From the NCBI GenBank assembly GCA_048882485.1, contig JBHLRP010000036.1, positions 1-32,605 on the forward strand: a stretch of DNA of 32,605 nt. Reading direction: 5' to 3'. Source of the stretch: Candidatus Thorarchaeota archaeon (lineage in GTDB: Archaea > Asgardarchaeota > Thorarchaeia > Thorarchaeales > Thorarchaeaceae). This document shows positions 1-9,087 of the stretch, piece after piece (position 1 is the first letter of the stretch; every line of letters starts with the position of its first letter). The position numbers and the translations under genes are program-made. The notes below the pieces were generated by a model. It searched no databases, was not told the DNA's origin, and was given only the letters and a program-made list of their open reading frames with translations.

Positions 1-2
1 GC

Positions 3-482
3 ACGTTTTGCAAGACAGCTTTCAAACAGCCAGAGCTTCTAACGGGATTCCTGTCTGCAATCGAAACTGTGCCCATGACACTCTCTAATGGTCTGTCCCT
101 GCAGTCTATCAAGATGGGCGAGACTGAGATGAAGTTCTCAAAGACCACACCGGATGGTCATTCGGTTGTTATTGGTCTCTCCGAAGATTCACAAGATGTG
201 GCAAACGAGGTCTTTGAAGCCGTTTCAAGAACTCTAGCATTGAAGAAATTCAAAGATGCCGACTGGGATTATGTTACCTCAGATCTGATGGGGGAATTTG
301 AACAGGAGCTTCTGACCAACGCCCTCCCCGGTGCAATGCTGAAGTATGGTGGCTTCGAGGATCGTTGTACTCTTGGTGATATGTGTCCTATTCATACCAC
401 CGCTGCCAAATCTAGAGCCAGTCGCATATGGGGCACAATCAAAGGGAAGTATGCAGCTCTGAAGCAGAGAATGAGCGGCTGA
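3..482 (+). CDS. Longin-like domain protein (5'-truncated; frame open from the window edge)
   Basis: The frame of the 69..482 ORF is open back to base 3 and reads TFCKTAFKQPELLTGFLSAIETVPM. ELLTGFLSAI followed by LQSIKMGETEMKF and SVVIG matches the helix/beta pattern of Asgard longin-like proteins. The C-terminus carries C-x5-C-x2-H. Confidence 0.6.
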   Translation, partial: TFCKTAFKQPELLTGFLSAIETVPMTLSNGLSLQSIKMGETEMKFSKTTPDGHSVVIGLSEDSQDVANEVFEAVSRTLALKKFKDADWDYVTSDLMGEFEQELLTNALPGAMLKYGGFEDRCTLGDMCPIHTTAAKSRASRIWGTIKGKYAALKQRMSG

Positions 483-495
483 AGCTAGATGACTC

Positions 496-527
496 AAAAG
501 AATAGGAAGAGGGGCATCGCCCTCCTC
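496..527 (-). terminator. Possible terminator hairpin with U-rich tail between convergent genes
   Basis: The minus strand reads GAGGAGGGC-GAT-GCCCCTCTTC followed by CTATTCTTTT, just after the stop of 531..2333. Confidence 0.35.
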
Positions 528-530
528 GAG

Positions 531-2333
531 CTAATTCTTCACAATCGCAACAATACGGAACTGGTCATCGACCGGCTGCAGTGTTGCCGTAAAGCTGTCG
601 CTCACACCTAGATTCAGAAGAGTGTACCAGTCAGTGAGGTTCATCCAGTCCCTTGTCCCTTCGATATATGGGTACGTAGAGTTGTCAGTTCCAAGAACAA
701 TGCGCGTGTCCCCATCGTAAACAAAGGATGAGATGTTCGTCACAGTCGCTGTCAGCTCGAATGTGTCATCCAACTCCGGTTCAATTGACCCACCAAACAA
801 AGCAACAAATCCTGCACGGGTTGCCTGAACGAGCGGAGCACCAGATAGTGTTCCTCCAAGCTCAAGGATATAGTACTTGTCTATGTTTGATGCATCTACT
901 AACGCAAGTGCATGGAGCCGCATGTCAGAGAGTATGTATTCATCCGAGTCTGAGTCATACCAACCATCTGCCCAGTAGATTGGCGTATACCAAGTCCACT
1001 TCGTTTCGGTTGGACTGACCTGTACGGGATACAGCAATGGCATGGCACCGTAATAGAATCCAGAAGCTGGTGGCGGAAACTGACTGACAACATTGGAGGC
1101 CGCCGCATCACCGCTGACATAGCCAAATCCGCTAAGGTCGTGATAATAGACAGTGTCTTGGGTTGCACGGAATACGCCTGCAAGGGCTCTTGAATTGGTT
1201 ACTGGATGTACTGCAATGAACGCCTCAACTCTGCTGGAGTCTGGATTCACAATGTATCGAGTGTCTTCAGTCATCTCCAGTCGGTCGCCTGAAGGTGGTA
1301 TGAACCAGAGAAGTCCACCAGCAAACAGGTCGAAGCCCTCACCCCTTCGATAGCCTCCCCATCTAGTAACCTCTCTCTCCAGCCATTCTTCTGCATAAGC
1401 TTGAGTGATCCAAGATGGCGTGTCAGCAATTTCGGGGTATGCAGTCACAGATCCGTTCTCCCCATACACAATCGGCCCAATTGCCTTCTCAACAAAGTCG
1501 AATCCCAATGGAGTTCTTGTCTGAACATAGACCAAGTTTCCAGCCGGGTCCCAAGTGGGATACGCGTATTGATACGCAGCAGTCATATCGTTGAGGTAGT
1601 TTCCGAATCGAATGTCCCTGTCCCACCAGAGGCCTTCACCAACGGGAATCGTTGTGCCCGTAATGACCTCAGGCTCAGTGGCTTGAGGATCATTCGCATC
1701 AACAACGATGAAGCCTTTAACAAAGTTCTCTGCCAAAACATTAGTTGACACAATCGTACAGACCCAGACAAGACGCCCGTTACGCGTCGTGATATGCGCA
1801 GCCGAAACTTCCACATTCGACCCGAACGGCGATATATGCTGATTAGCCACATATTCAGCGTACTCTTCTGTGACAAGCCTGACCATCGCATCAGGTATTG
1901 ATGAATTGAAGAGATCCTCATCGGTTTCCACAATCATTTCGTCAAAATACTGTGCATTTGCCACGTCAGAGGTCCAACCAATCAGACCTGAGAACATAGG
2001 CATCAAGAGCACAATAAGTAGACCAAAGCATGTTAGTGGCATTCTAAGTCCAGCTATCATATCTTCCATTTCACCAGGACGAAAGCCGCTTGCAAACATG
2101 AGCAGGATGCCCAGACTTAACACCAGACTGAGGATTGCCCAGGGGAGTGTCATCACCATTAGAAGAGTGATCACGCCCCATGCAACTGCACCCCAGACCA
2201 ACCGAAGTGGTAGCCACTTAAGGAGCATGCTGGATCGAAACATGTCCATGGAGAGCGGAATTGGTATTGAATGGGCTATAAGAGATATAATTAGGAAAAG
2301 CATGACATTCATGAGAAAGCCTCTACTGAGCAC
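531..2333 (-). CDS. Membrane protein, about 4 N-terminal TM helices plus a large acidic extracytoplasmic domain, function unknown
   Basis: 600-aa ORF with a hydrophobic first ~120 aa. The motifs VRLVTEEYA, GRLVWV, VVDANDP and TPSWITQAY resemble a widespread uncharacterised membrane family. The start could be the GTG at 2333 or the ATG at 2312. Confidence 0.7.
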   Translation of the reverse strand: MLSRGFLMNVMLFLIISLIAHSIPIPLSMDMFRSSMLLKWLPLRLVWGAVAWGVITLLMVMTLPWAILSLVLSLGILLMFASGFRPGEMEDMIAGLRMPLTCFGLLIVLLMPMFSGLIGWTSDVANAQYFDEMIVETDEDLFNSSIPDAMVRLVTEEYAEYVANQHISPFGSNVEVSAAHITTRNGRLVWVCTIVSTNVLAENFVKGFIVVDANDPQATEPEVITGTTIPVGEGLWWDRDIRFGNYLNDMTAAYQYAYPTWDPAGNLVYVQTRTPLGFDFVEKAIGPIVYGENGSVTAYPEIADTPSWITQAYAEEWLEREVTRWGGYRRGEGFDLFAGGLLWFIPPSGDRLEMTEDTRYIVNPDSSRVEAFIAVHPVTNSRALAGVFRATQDTVYYHDLSGFGYVSGDAAASNVVSQFPPPASGFYYGAMPLLYPVQVSPTETKWTWYTPIYWADGWYDSDSDEYILSDMRLHALALVDASNIDKYYILELGGTLSGAPLVQATRAGFVALFGGSIEPELDDTFELTATVTNISSFVYDGDTRIVLGTDNSTYPYIEGTRDWMNLTDWYTLLNLGVSDSFTATLQPVDDQFRIVAIVKN

Positions 2334-2363
2334 TCGTATGTGCGAGTCAATACAATTGGGCTT

Positions 2364-2882
2364 TTAGCCCTTTCTTCCCTTGAGCTTTTTGTATCGCTCA
2401 ACCGCCCCTCCCGCTTCGAGTATCTCCCGCATAAAGGGCGGCAACGGCGCTCCTTGAAGCGTTTTGCCTGACTCCTCATTTGTGACCGTACCCTTTGTGA
2501 AATCGACAGACAGGGTATCGCCGTCCTCAATGGCTGATGAAACATCTTTCACAGTCATGAGAGGCAAACCTACATTGAATCCATTTCTGTAAAAGATTCT
2601 GGAGAACGATTCAGCGATGATGCATCCGACACCAATTGTTTTGAGGACCTGTGGGGCTTCTTCACGCGATGAGCCGGAGCCAAAGTTTCTTCCAGCAACA
2701 ACCACATCGTTCTTCTTCATACCCGCTGCAAAATCTGGCCGCGGTATTGCCAAAGCGTACTTGGACATCTCCTCATAGTCCAAGAGTGTGAGGTATTGAC
2801 CCTGGATGATTTGGTCAGTATCTATATTATCACCAAGCACCCATGCTCTGCCCCGAATTCTGTCAAAAGCCCCCACTCTCAT
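2364..2882 (-). CDS. leuD: 3-isopropylmalate dehydratase/homoaconitase small subunit
   Basis: Motifs GDNIDTDQII, GRNFGSGSSREEA and AESFSRIFYRNGFNVGLP. The start overlaps the large-subunit stop (ATGA) and has AGGAGG upstream. Substrate specificity is uncertain. Confidence 0.9.
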   Translation of the reverse strand: MRVGAFDRIRGRAWVLGDNIDTDQIIQGQYLTLLDYEEMSKYALAIPRPDFAAGMKKNDVVVAGRNFGSGSSREEAPQVLKTIGVGCIIAESFSRIFYRNGFNVGLPLMTVKDVSSAIEDGDTLSVDFTKGTVTNEESGKTLQGAPLPPFMREILEAGGAVERYKKLKGRKG

Positions 2883-4144
2883 AACCTCCTTGGATCGGTG
2901 ATTTCACCCACTAATGCACTGGCTGCTACAGTAGCAGGTGAGGCCAAGTAGACTTGGGAGTCACGGTGTCCCATTCGACCTGGGAAGTTCCTGTTCGTGC
3001 TAGAGATACACACCTCGCCAGCACCCAACACACCGAGATGTCCTCCAATACATGCTCCGCAGGTTGAGTTTGTGACAATCGCTCCTGCATGCATCAATGT
3101 TTCAATATGCCCTTTCTCAAGTGCCTGCAAGTATGTAGTCTTGCTTGCTGGTGTGACAATCAACCGGATGTCTTCGTGAACCTTTTTCCCTTTCAGAATC
3201 TTTGCTGCTATATCCAAATCCTGAATTCGCCCATTTGTGCAAGAGCCTATGAATGCTTGGTCAAATTTGGTGCCCGTGACTTCAGACACCGGTACGCCAT
3301 TTGTGGGATTATGTGGAATTGCGACCATAGGTTCGAGGGGCTCTGCATCGATATCGTACTCAAGAGTATCTACGTATTGAGCATCGGGGTCGGGCTTCAC
3401 AGGAGTCCATGATCTTGCAGGTGCATGTTCCTTCATCCACCTCTCTACATATTTGCTGCAATTCATTGGGGCGCATTTGGCTCCAGCTTCTACTGCCATA
3501 TTGCAGACAGTCATTCTCTCTCCAACCAACATCTCATCAATGGTTGGACCATGAAACTCTAACGACTGATAGTTTGCTCCATCTGGGCCGAGATCTGCGA
3601 TGACCTTCAGAATTAGGTCTTTGCTCATCACATATTTCTGAATCTTGCCCTTCACTTTGACACAAATTGATTCAGGCACTCTGAACCATATCTCACCAGT
3701 CGAGAGTATGAGTGCCGAATCTGTTGCAGCAAGTCCAGCTGAGAACGCGTTGAAAGCTCCATAAGTTGTTGAATGCGAGTCACTTCCCACAATGAGATCA
3801 CCTGGAGCTACGAGACCCATCTCGGGAAGCACTTGGTGTGATATGCCGCAATCAACATCGCAGAAGTGCTTGATTTTCTGTTCTTTAACAAACTGACGAT
3901 TCCGTCGATGAATCTCAGCACTATTGACATCAGAGGCTGGAGCCCAATGATCATTCACAACCAAGATGCGTTCTGGGTCCCACACCTTTTCAAATCCTAT
4001 CTCTGCCAACACTGGGAGGATTCGTGAACCCAATACTTCATGGACCATCAGGAGGTCTACTGAGGCTTCTACTATTTCTCCAGCGATTGCTTCACCTTTC
4101 TCCGTGTGACTACCAAGTATCTTCTCAGCCAGAGTCGCTCCCAT
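2879..4144 (-). CDS. leuC: 3-isopropylmalate dehydratase/homoaconitase large subunit (archaeal aconitase family)
   Basis: Starts MGATLAEKIL (ATG at 4144; the longer ORF start overlaps the upstream gene). Motifs DH, GSDSHSTTYGA, FIGSCTNGR, CGACIG (three Fe-S Cys) and STNRNFPGRMG. Confidence 0.92.
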   Translation of the reverse strand: MGATLAEKILGSHTEKGEAIAGEIVEASVDLLMVHEVLGSRILPVLAEIGFEKVWDPERILVVNDHWAPASDVNSAEIHRRNRQFVKEQKIKHFCDVDCGISHQVLPEMGLVAPGDLIVGSDSHSTTYGAFNAFSAGLAATDSALILSTGEIWFRVPESICVKVKGKIQKYVMSKDLILKVIADLGPDGANYQSLEFHGPTIDEMLVGERMTVCNMAVEAGAKCAPMNCSKYVERWMKEHAPARSWTPVKPDPDAQYVDTLEYDIDAEPLEPMVAIPHNPTNGVPVSEVTGTKFDQAFIGSCTNGRIQDLDIAAKILKGKKVHEDIRLIVTPASKTTYLQALEKGHIETLMHAGAIVTNSTCGACIGGHLGVLGAGEVCISSTNRNFPGRMGHRDSQVYLASPATVAASALVGEITDPRRL

Positions 4145-4149
4145 TAAAA

Positions 4150-5295
4150 TCAACTCGCTATTCTCTTTATGACCTCCGCAGCAACTTCCTTGGTGGTTGA
4201 AGGCTTCACTTTGGACCATTCGCCAACGCAAAGGTCAGGTGTTCGAATGTTGCTGTTTCCAAGCGCTTTCTTGACACCTGTGCGTATTTTTTCAGCTGCA
4301 GAGATTACAGTCTTGTCGCTATGTTTAGTGCCCAACCATTCGAACATCATCGCAGAAGTGAGAAATGCAGCGAGAGGATTTGCAATGTTCTTTCCAGCTA
4401 TGTCCGGTGCAGAACCATGCACCGGTTCAAACATTGCATGCTTGTCGCCAATATTTCCTGACGGGGAAATGCCGAGACCACCCTGAATTGCCCCTCCTAA
4501 ATCGCTAATGATATCGCCAAACTCGTTGGGTGCAACAACCACGTCATATTGCTCAGGTTTCTGTATAGCCAATAACGTCCATGCATCTACGTAAGCATAG
4601 TCCTTAGCCACATCAGGATAGTTCTCACCAATTTTATCGAAGGACTCTCTGAACAGCTTGCATCCTGCGAGAAGGTTGCTTTTGTCCACACATGTTACTC
4701 GTTTCTTGCCATCTATTGGTGCGCCATTCCGATTTATTGCGAGATTGAACGCAAATCTAGAAACACGTTCTGACCCACTGGCTGTGATCACTCGCAAATC
4801 AACAGCTAAATCGCCTTCTTCGCGTCCAGTGAGTCTGCCTCTTGCAGGTATGTACAGCCCCTCTGTGTTTTCTCTCACAATAACCATGTCGATATCTTTG
4901 GGCTTCTTTCCTGCTAGAGGAGTTGGAACGCGTTCGTACAGCTTTACAGGTCTTACATTGGCATAGAGGTCTAGTTCTTGTCTCAGCCCTATGACCACTC
5001 CATACCCGGCCATATTTCCATCTGAGCGTCTCACAACCTTTCCATCTGTATCCTTTGCTCCGACGCCACCCAGTAGAATAGCATCAGCTTCCGTCTTGGT
5101 GAACGTTTCGGCATCTTCTGACCATTCACGCTTGTTCTTGAGGAAATATTCCCCTCCGCATTCAAACTCATGGAGATCGAGTTCCAGTCCACTGGTGCTT
5201 GATGCGACGGTCATCATTACATCTATTGCTTCAGGAATCACTTCTCTGCCTATTCCATCTCCAGGCAAAACGGAAATCTTGTATTTCCTCGTCAA
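4150..5295 (-). CDS. leuB: Isocitrate/isopropylmalate dehydrogenase family beta-decarboxylating dehydrogenase
   Basis: Motifs LPGDGIGREV, LRQELDLYANVRP, RENTEGLY, VDKSN, FGDIISD and EPVHGSAPDIAG. The likely start is TTG at 5295 with AGGTGA 5 nt upstream; GTG at 5304 is an alternative. Exact substrate is uncertain. Confidence 0.88.
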   Translation of the reverse strand: MTRKYKISVLPGDGIGREVIPEAIDVMMTVASSTSGLELDLHEFECGGEYFLKNKREWSEDAETFTKTEADAILLGGVGAKDTDGKVVRRSDGNMAGYGVVIGLRQELDLYANVRPVKLYERVPTPLAGKKPKDIDMVIVRENTEGLYIPARGRLTGREEGDLAVDLRVITASGSERVSRFAFNLAINRNGAPIDGKKRVTCVDKSNLLAGCKLFRESFDKIGENYPDVAKDYAYVDAWTLLAIQKPEQYDVVVAPNEFGDIISDLGGAIQGGLGISPSGNIGDKHAMFEPVHGSAPDIAGKNIANPLAAFLTSAMMFEWLGTKHSDKTVISAAEKIRTGVKKALGNSNIRTPDLCVGEWSKVKPSTTKEVAAEVIKRIAS

Positions 5296-5304
5296 ATGAC
5301 TCAC

Positions 5305-5634
5305 CTAATAGCTTCCTAGCCATCCCAAGTCTTTACCTTCATCGTCCAAGAGGTTTACCATGGTATCCAACCTTTCACCGTTGTAGTATCTAATCTTGCA
5401 CTGTATAGTGAAGGGTCTTTTACACGTGTTGCATTCAACAACCCAATTCTCTACTACCTTCTCACTGCCACTTCCAGTTATTTTCTCCGGCTCCCTTTTT
5501 ATATCCAGAAGTGTCAGTTCTTTGCCATCACAATCATAAGTGCATTCTTTCAAAGGGATTCCTTCCATGCCTCTTCTTCCTAGAGCAACAAACACTTCAT
5601 CCGGAAGGTCATCAATCGTTGGCTTACTTGACAA
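5305..5634 (-). CDS. Small hypothetical protein with four putative metal-binding Cys
   Basis: Contains C-x3-C (CTYDC) and C-x2-C (CNTC). AGGAGTG lies upstream of TTG at 5634 (alternative start 5643). Its stop codon is part of the leuB ribosome-binding site. Confidence 0.75.
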   Translation of the reverse strand: MSSKPTIDDLPDEVFVALGRRGMEGIPLKECTYDCDGKELTLLDIKREPEKITGSGSEKVVENWVVECNTCKRPFTIQCKIRYYNGERLDTMVNLLDDEGKDLGWLGSY

Positions 5635-5744
5635 ATGGAACACTCCTTGAGAATGACCTCCTCTCTAACGGATAAATCAGATGGTGCAGCACTTGTGGCG
5701 CTACCACCGCTAAAGATTAATGACGCCGGGGAAGTATTGATGCT

Positions 5745-6656
5745 ATGCGGCTTTTCACTTATTCCAGACTTGGCGTGTCTTCAATTGGTGCTGAGGTTGA
5801 AGGTGGTCTGCTTGACCTTCCGGATGCCGCTCGATTCTTTGGGTCCACCTACCTCACTAATGGACAGCGCTTCCCAACATCTATGAAGGACCTTCTTGCT
5901 TGGGAATCTGGTTTGGATGCTGTAAAATCGTTTGCGGAGCGATTCAACAATCTGCCAGTTCTTGAGCGTCCCCTTGTTTTCCCAATACATTCAGTCAAGA
6001 TTCTTGCCCCTATAGAACGTCCTGGCAAGATAGTAGCTTTGGGACTGAACTACAAGGACCATATCGAGGAAACAGGAAGAGAAACCCCTGGATTTCCCGT
6101 CATCTTTGCCAAATTTCCCTCTTGCATCGTGAATCCCGAAGATGTAATTCCTATGCCCAAAGTGTCATCAAAGCTAGACTGGGAAGTTGAGCTTGCAGTG
6201 GTCATAGGCAAGACCTGTAAAGAAGTCGATGAGGATAGTGCTCTTGACTATGTAGCTGGTTACACTATAATGAATGACGTGAGTGCCCGCGACCTTCAGA
6301 GCGATGACGGGCAATGGATTCGAGGCAAATCTCTCGATGGCCTAGGACCAATGGGCCCTTGTATTGTCACAGTGGATGAGTTGGGGGACGGATCAGATTT
6401 GACAATGCGAACAAAGGTCAACGGTGTTGTCAAGCAAGACTCTACTACATCATTATTGAGATATGGTGTCCGGCAGATAGTTTCATATCTGTCGCAATCT
6501 TTCACCCTTGAACCAGCTGACATCATTGCAACAGGTACCCCATCCGGTGTTGGATTTGCACGAGACCCGCCTGAGTATCTCAAGCCTGGGGATGAGATGG
6601 AGCTCTTTATCGAGAAGATTGGGTATCTAAGGAATAGAATCATACCGAGTAAATAG
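5745..6656 (+). CDS. Fumarylacetoacetate hydrolase (FAH) family protein
   Basis: Motifs GKIVALGLNY, LDWEVELAVVIG, NDVSARDLQ, WIRGKSLD and DIIATGTPSGVG. Confidence 0.93.
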   Translation: MRLFTYSRLGVSSIGAEVEGGLLDLPDAARFFGSTYLTNGQRFPTSMKDLLAWESGLDAVKSFAERFNNLPVLERPLVFPIHSVKILAPIERPGKIVALGLNYKDHIEETGRETPGFPVIFAKFPSCIVNPEDVIPMPKVSSKLDWEVELAVVIGKTCKEVDEDSALDYVAGYTIMNDVSARDLQSDDGQWIRGKSLDGLGPMGPCIVTVDELGDGSDLTMRTKVNGVVKQDSTTSLLRYGVRQIVSYLSQSFTLEPADIIATGTPSGVGFARDPPEYLKPGDEMELFIEKIGYLRNRIIPSK

Positions 6657-6657
6657 G

Positions 6658-8967
6658 TCATTTCTTTGAGAAGGTGACTCTCACAGATTGGCCTCTGCGA
6701 AACTGCTCTTTGACTGCGATGACTTCTGGAGCAGTTGCAAGGAACCTGATGTCTTTTTCATTTACTGAGGCCGTTTCAGGCGTCCACTGTGAGCTGAAGA
6801 CTATGAAAACGGACTCCTCTCTTCTAGTGTCTCTAGAAACTGTAAACTCTAACTGATTCAGCTCATTATCCCATGATTGATTTTGAATCTCGACTGCACC
6901 TTGTGTGAAATGCATACTTGTGCTAAGGACTGAGGGTACTAGAGATTCTGGCTTGATTGCGAAGAGTTTTGCTGTGTGAGGTTTCAAATCTACTATTCTC
7001 ACCTTTTCCTCAAACAGGCCTTCATATTGCTCAGCCCAGAAATCAAACAAATGACAGGGGCTATTATCCTCCAGTCCAATCTCTCTAAGAGAGAATTTGA
7101 CATTGATTGACGCTTCTCCTAGATTGAATACTCCCAAGACCACCCATCTTCCCATGGGGGTCTCTACAGGGAGCGCAAACAAATGCGGATGGGTTTCAAT
7201 CAATGAGTCAAGTGCAACTGCACTCTTTGGATAAATTGGGAGGAGTTTGTCAAACATATGAAGTCGCTCTTCTGAGAGTTCCGCGACATTGTCACTTATC
7301 AGGAGCATTCCCCCACTAAGCGCAATCGCCGTCATCCATAGACGCAATTCATCTAGTGTGGTGTTGGTGTCTTCATGGCGCAACATCAAGCAGTCTGGGT
7401 CATTCTTCCACCAACGGTTATGCATAAACGCCCGTGTTAGTGTATTAACAGCTGCAGGATACATTCCTAGTCCGCCGTCATCATTCTCGCTTTCGTATCT
7501 CCAAATTGGCCCAATGTCAGCTCCGATTCGCATCCCGTTAACAATTCCTATACAAGTTCCTATAGGTGCTCCACATCCCAGAATGAATGAGTCGCCAACC
7601 GCATTTCGAATTGCCTTGACACCTTGCCTAATGGCCTGTGCACGTGTCATGGAGGGATCCTGACGCTGACCCTCTATTGCAGCATCATAAAGGAAGTCGA
7701 TCTTGAAGTATTCATATCCGTCAGCTCGCAGACGCCTGAAGGTCTTCTCCAAGAATGATATCACTTCTGAGTTAGTGAGATCAAGGGCATAATAGTCGCC
7801 AAGCCAGAGTGGATTCTGTCCCGCCACTTTTGGTTTGCCGTCGCTATCTTTCACAAACCAGCCTGGATTCTCCTTGAAGAGATTGGAATACTGGGAGGCA
7901 ATGAATGGTGCAGTCCATATTCCTGCTCGATATCCTGATTTGCTGATGTATTCTACGAGAGCACTCAGACCTTTGGAAAACTTGTCATTGGGTTTCCAAT
8001 CACCAATGAGCCTCTGGTACCCATCATCCAATTGAATCCATTCAATCTCTTTGCCAAATCTCTCAGCGAGCAACTTTGTGTTTGATTCCATCTCCCCTTC
8101 ATCAATCAGCGTGTAGTAGTAGTACCAGCTACACCAACCAGCAGGGATATTGTTCCAAGAGATTGCGTTCATTGTGTTCCGGACCAATTCTGCGTATTGA
8201 GCAAGGTCTGCAAGACCATCTTCACCAACATAAACCACAAGCTCTTCAGAGGCTAGATTCTGATTCTTAGGAACTAGAACTCCATCTCCAATTGAGGATG
8301 CAACAATTCTTGCAAGCCTGTTTGATTCTCTCTCTCTTCCACTTAGTGCGATTTCACAAAACTGGTCGGCCATCGTTGAGAATCCAATGGTCAGGGCACA
8401 TCTGGTATTGATATTGGTGACTACACTAAAAAAGTGGCTTTTGTTCTCTCCTGCCTCTAAGGCCCGCGCGTGACTAAGATCCCAAGACTGGAAACCATTC
8501 CTGAAGTATCTGAGGTCTTGACCATTCCACCCCGTGAATATACTTGACTCATTCTCAATGTCGACTACAAGTGGATTGAAAACTAGCACGCCAGTGTCAT
8601 TGGACTTGTTCCTGAACATCACAATGCAACTGTACCCTCTCTGTTTCCCGCTCATACTGAATCTCACATTGAGTTCTGCCCTCTTGTCAGAATCAGCAAG
8701 CTTTAGGACCGCAATCTTACCTTCGCCTCTTTCATCGCTGAAATCCAATGAACTGACAGACCTGTATGTCATTTTTCTGGAGTCTAGAATCTGGCTTTCA
8801 GTCTGTATTTGCACGTAGGCACTCGAGAAGTACTTAGTCTGACCAACGACTGAAGACAAAGAGAATGTGCCCAACATGATATTGAATTTGAGAATTACCA
8901 CCTCATTGCTCAAGCTGATTGTATCCTCGCCGATCTCAATCTTGCAGATTTGGTGATCTTTCTCCAA
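6658..8967 (-). CDS. Alpha-galactosidase, glycoside hydrolase family 36
   Basis: Motifs GWCSWY, IQLDDGYQ, GIWTAPF, YFKIDF (nucleophile Asp), MRIGADI (acid/base Asp) and NDPDCL. TTG start with GGAGG upstream. Confidence 0.88.
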   Translation of the reverse strand: MEKDHQICKIEIGEDTISLSNEVVILKFNIMLGTFSLSSVVGQTKYFSSAYVQIQTESQILDSRKMTYRSVSSLDFSDERGEGKIAVLKLADSDKRAELNVRFSMSGKQRGYSCIVMFRNKSNDTGVLVFNPLVVDIENESSIFTGWNGQDLRYFRNGFQSWDLSHARALEAGENKSHFFSVVTNINTRCALTIGFSTMADQFCEIALSGRERESNRLARIVASSIGDGVLVPKNQNLASEELVVYVGEDGLADLAQYAELVRNTMNAISWNNIPAGWCSWYYYYTLIDEGEMESNTKLLAERFGKEIEWIQLDDGYQRLIGDWKPNDKFSKGLSALVEYISKSGYRAGIWTAPFIASQYSNLFKENPGWFVKDSDGKPKVAGQNPLWLGDYYALDLTNSEVISFLEKTFRRLRADGYEYFKIDFLYDAAIEGQRQDPSMTRAQAIRQGVKAIRNAVGDSFILGCGAPIGTCIGIVNGMRIGADIGPIWRYESENDDGGLGMYPAAVNTLTRAFMHNRWWKNDPDCLMLRHEDTNTTLDELRLWMTAIALSGGMLLISDNVAELSEERLHMFDKLLPIYPKSAVALDSLIETHPHLFALPVETPMGRWVVLGVFNLGEASINVKFSLREIGLEDNSPCHLFDFWAEQYEGLFEEKVRIVDLKPHTAKLFAIKPESLVPSVLSTSMHFTQGAVEIQNQSWDNELNQLEFTVSRDTRREESVFIVFSSQWTPETASVNEKDIRFLATAPEVIAVKEQFRRGQSVRVTFSKK

Positions 8968-9087
8968 TTATATTGCCTCCGGGGCTGTGATGACCAAGGC
9001 TTTCCCCTCTTATTATTTGCCTGAAGGATCTAGCTCTGAGATAATGTAGTGCAGAGAATGATATTAGGACCCAGAAGGGTTACGGAG

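Noticed and set aside
4145-4231. N-terminal extension of leuC
   Set aside because: It overlaps the leuB 3' end; the family-typical start MGATLAEKIL is at 4144.
8987-9039. Possible C/D box sRNA (GTGATGA ... CTGA, 53 nt)
   Set aside because: There are no convincing D' and C' boxes at normal spacing, and the region coincides with the upstream promoter region of the GH36 gene on the other strand.
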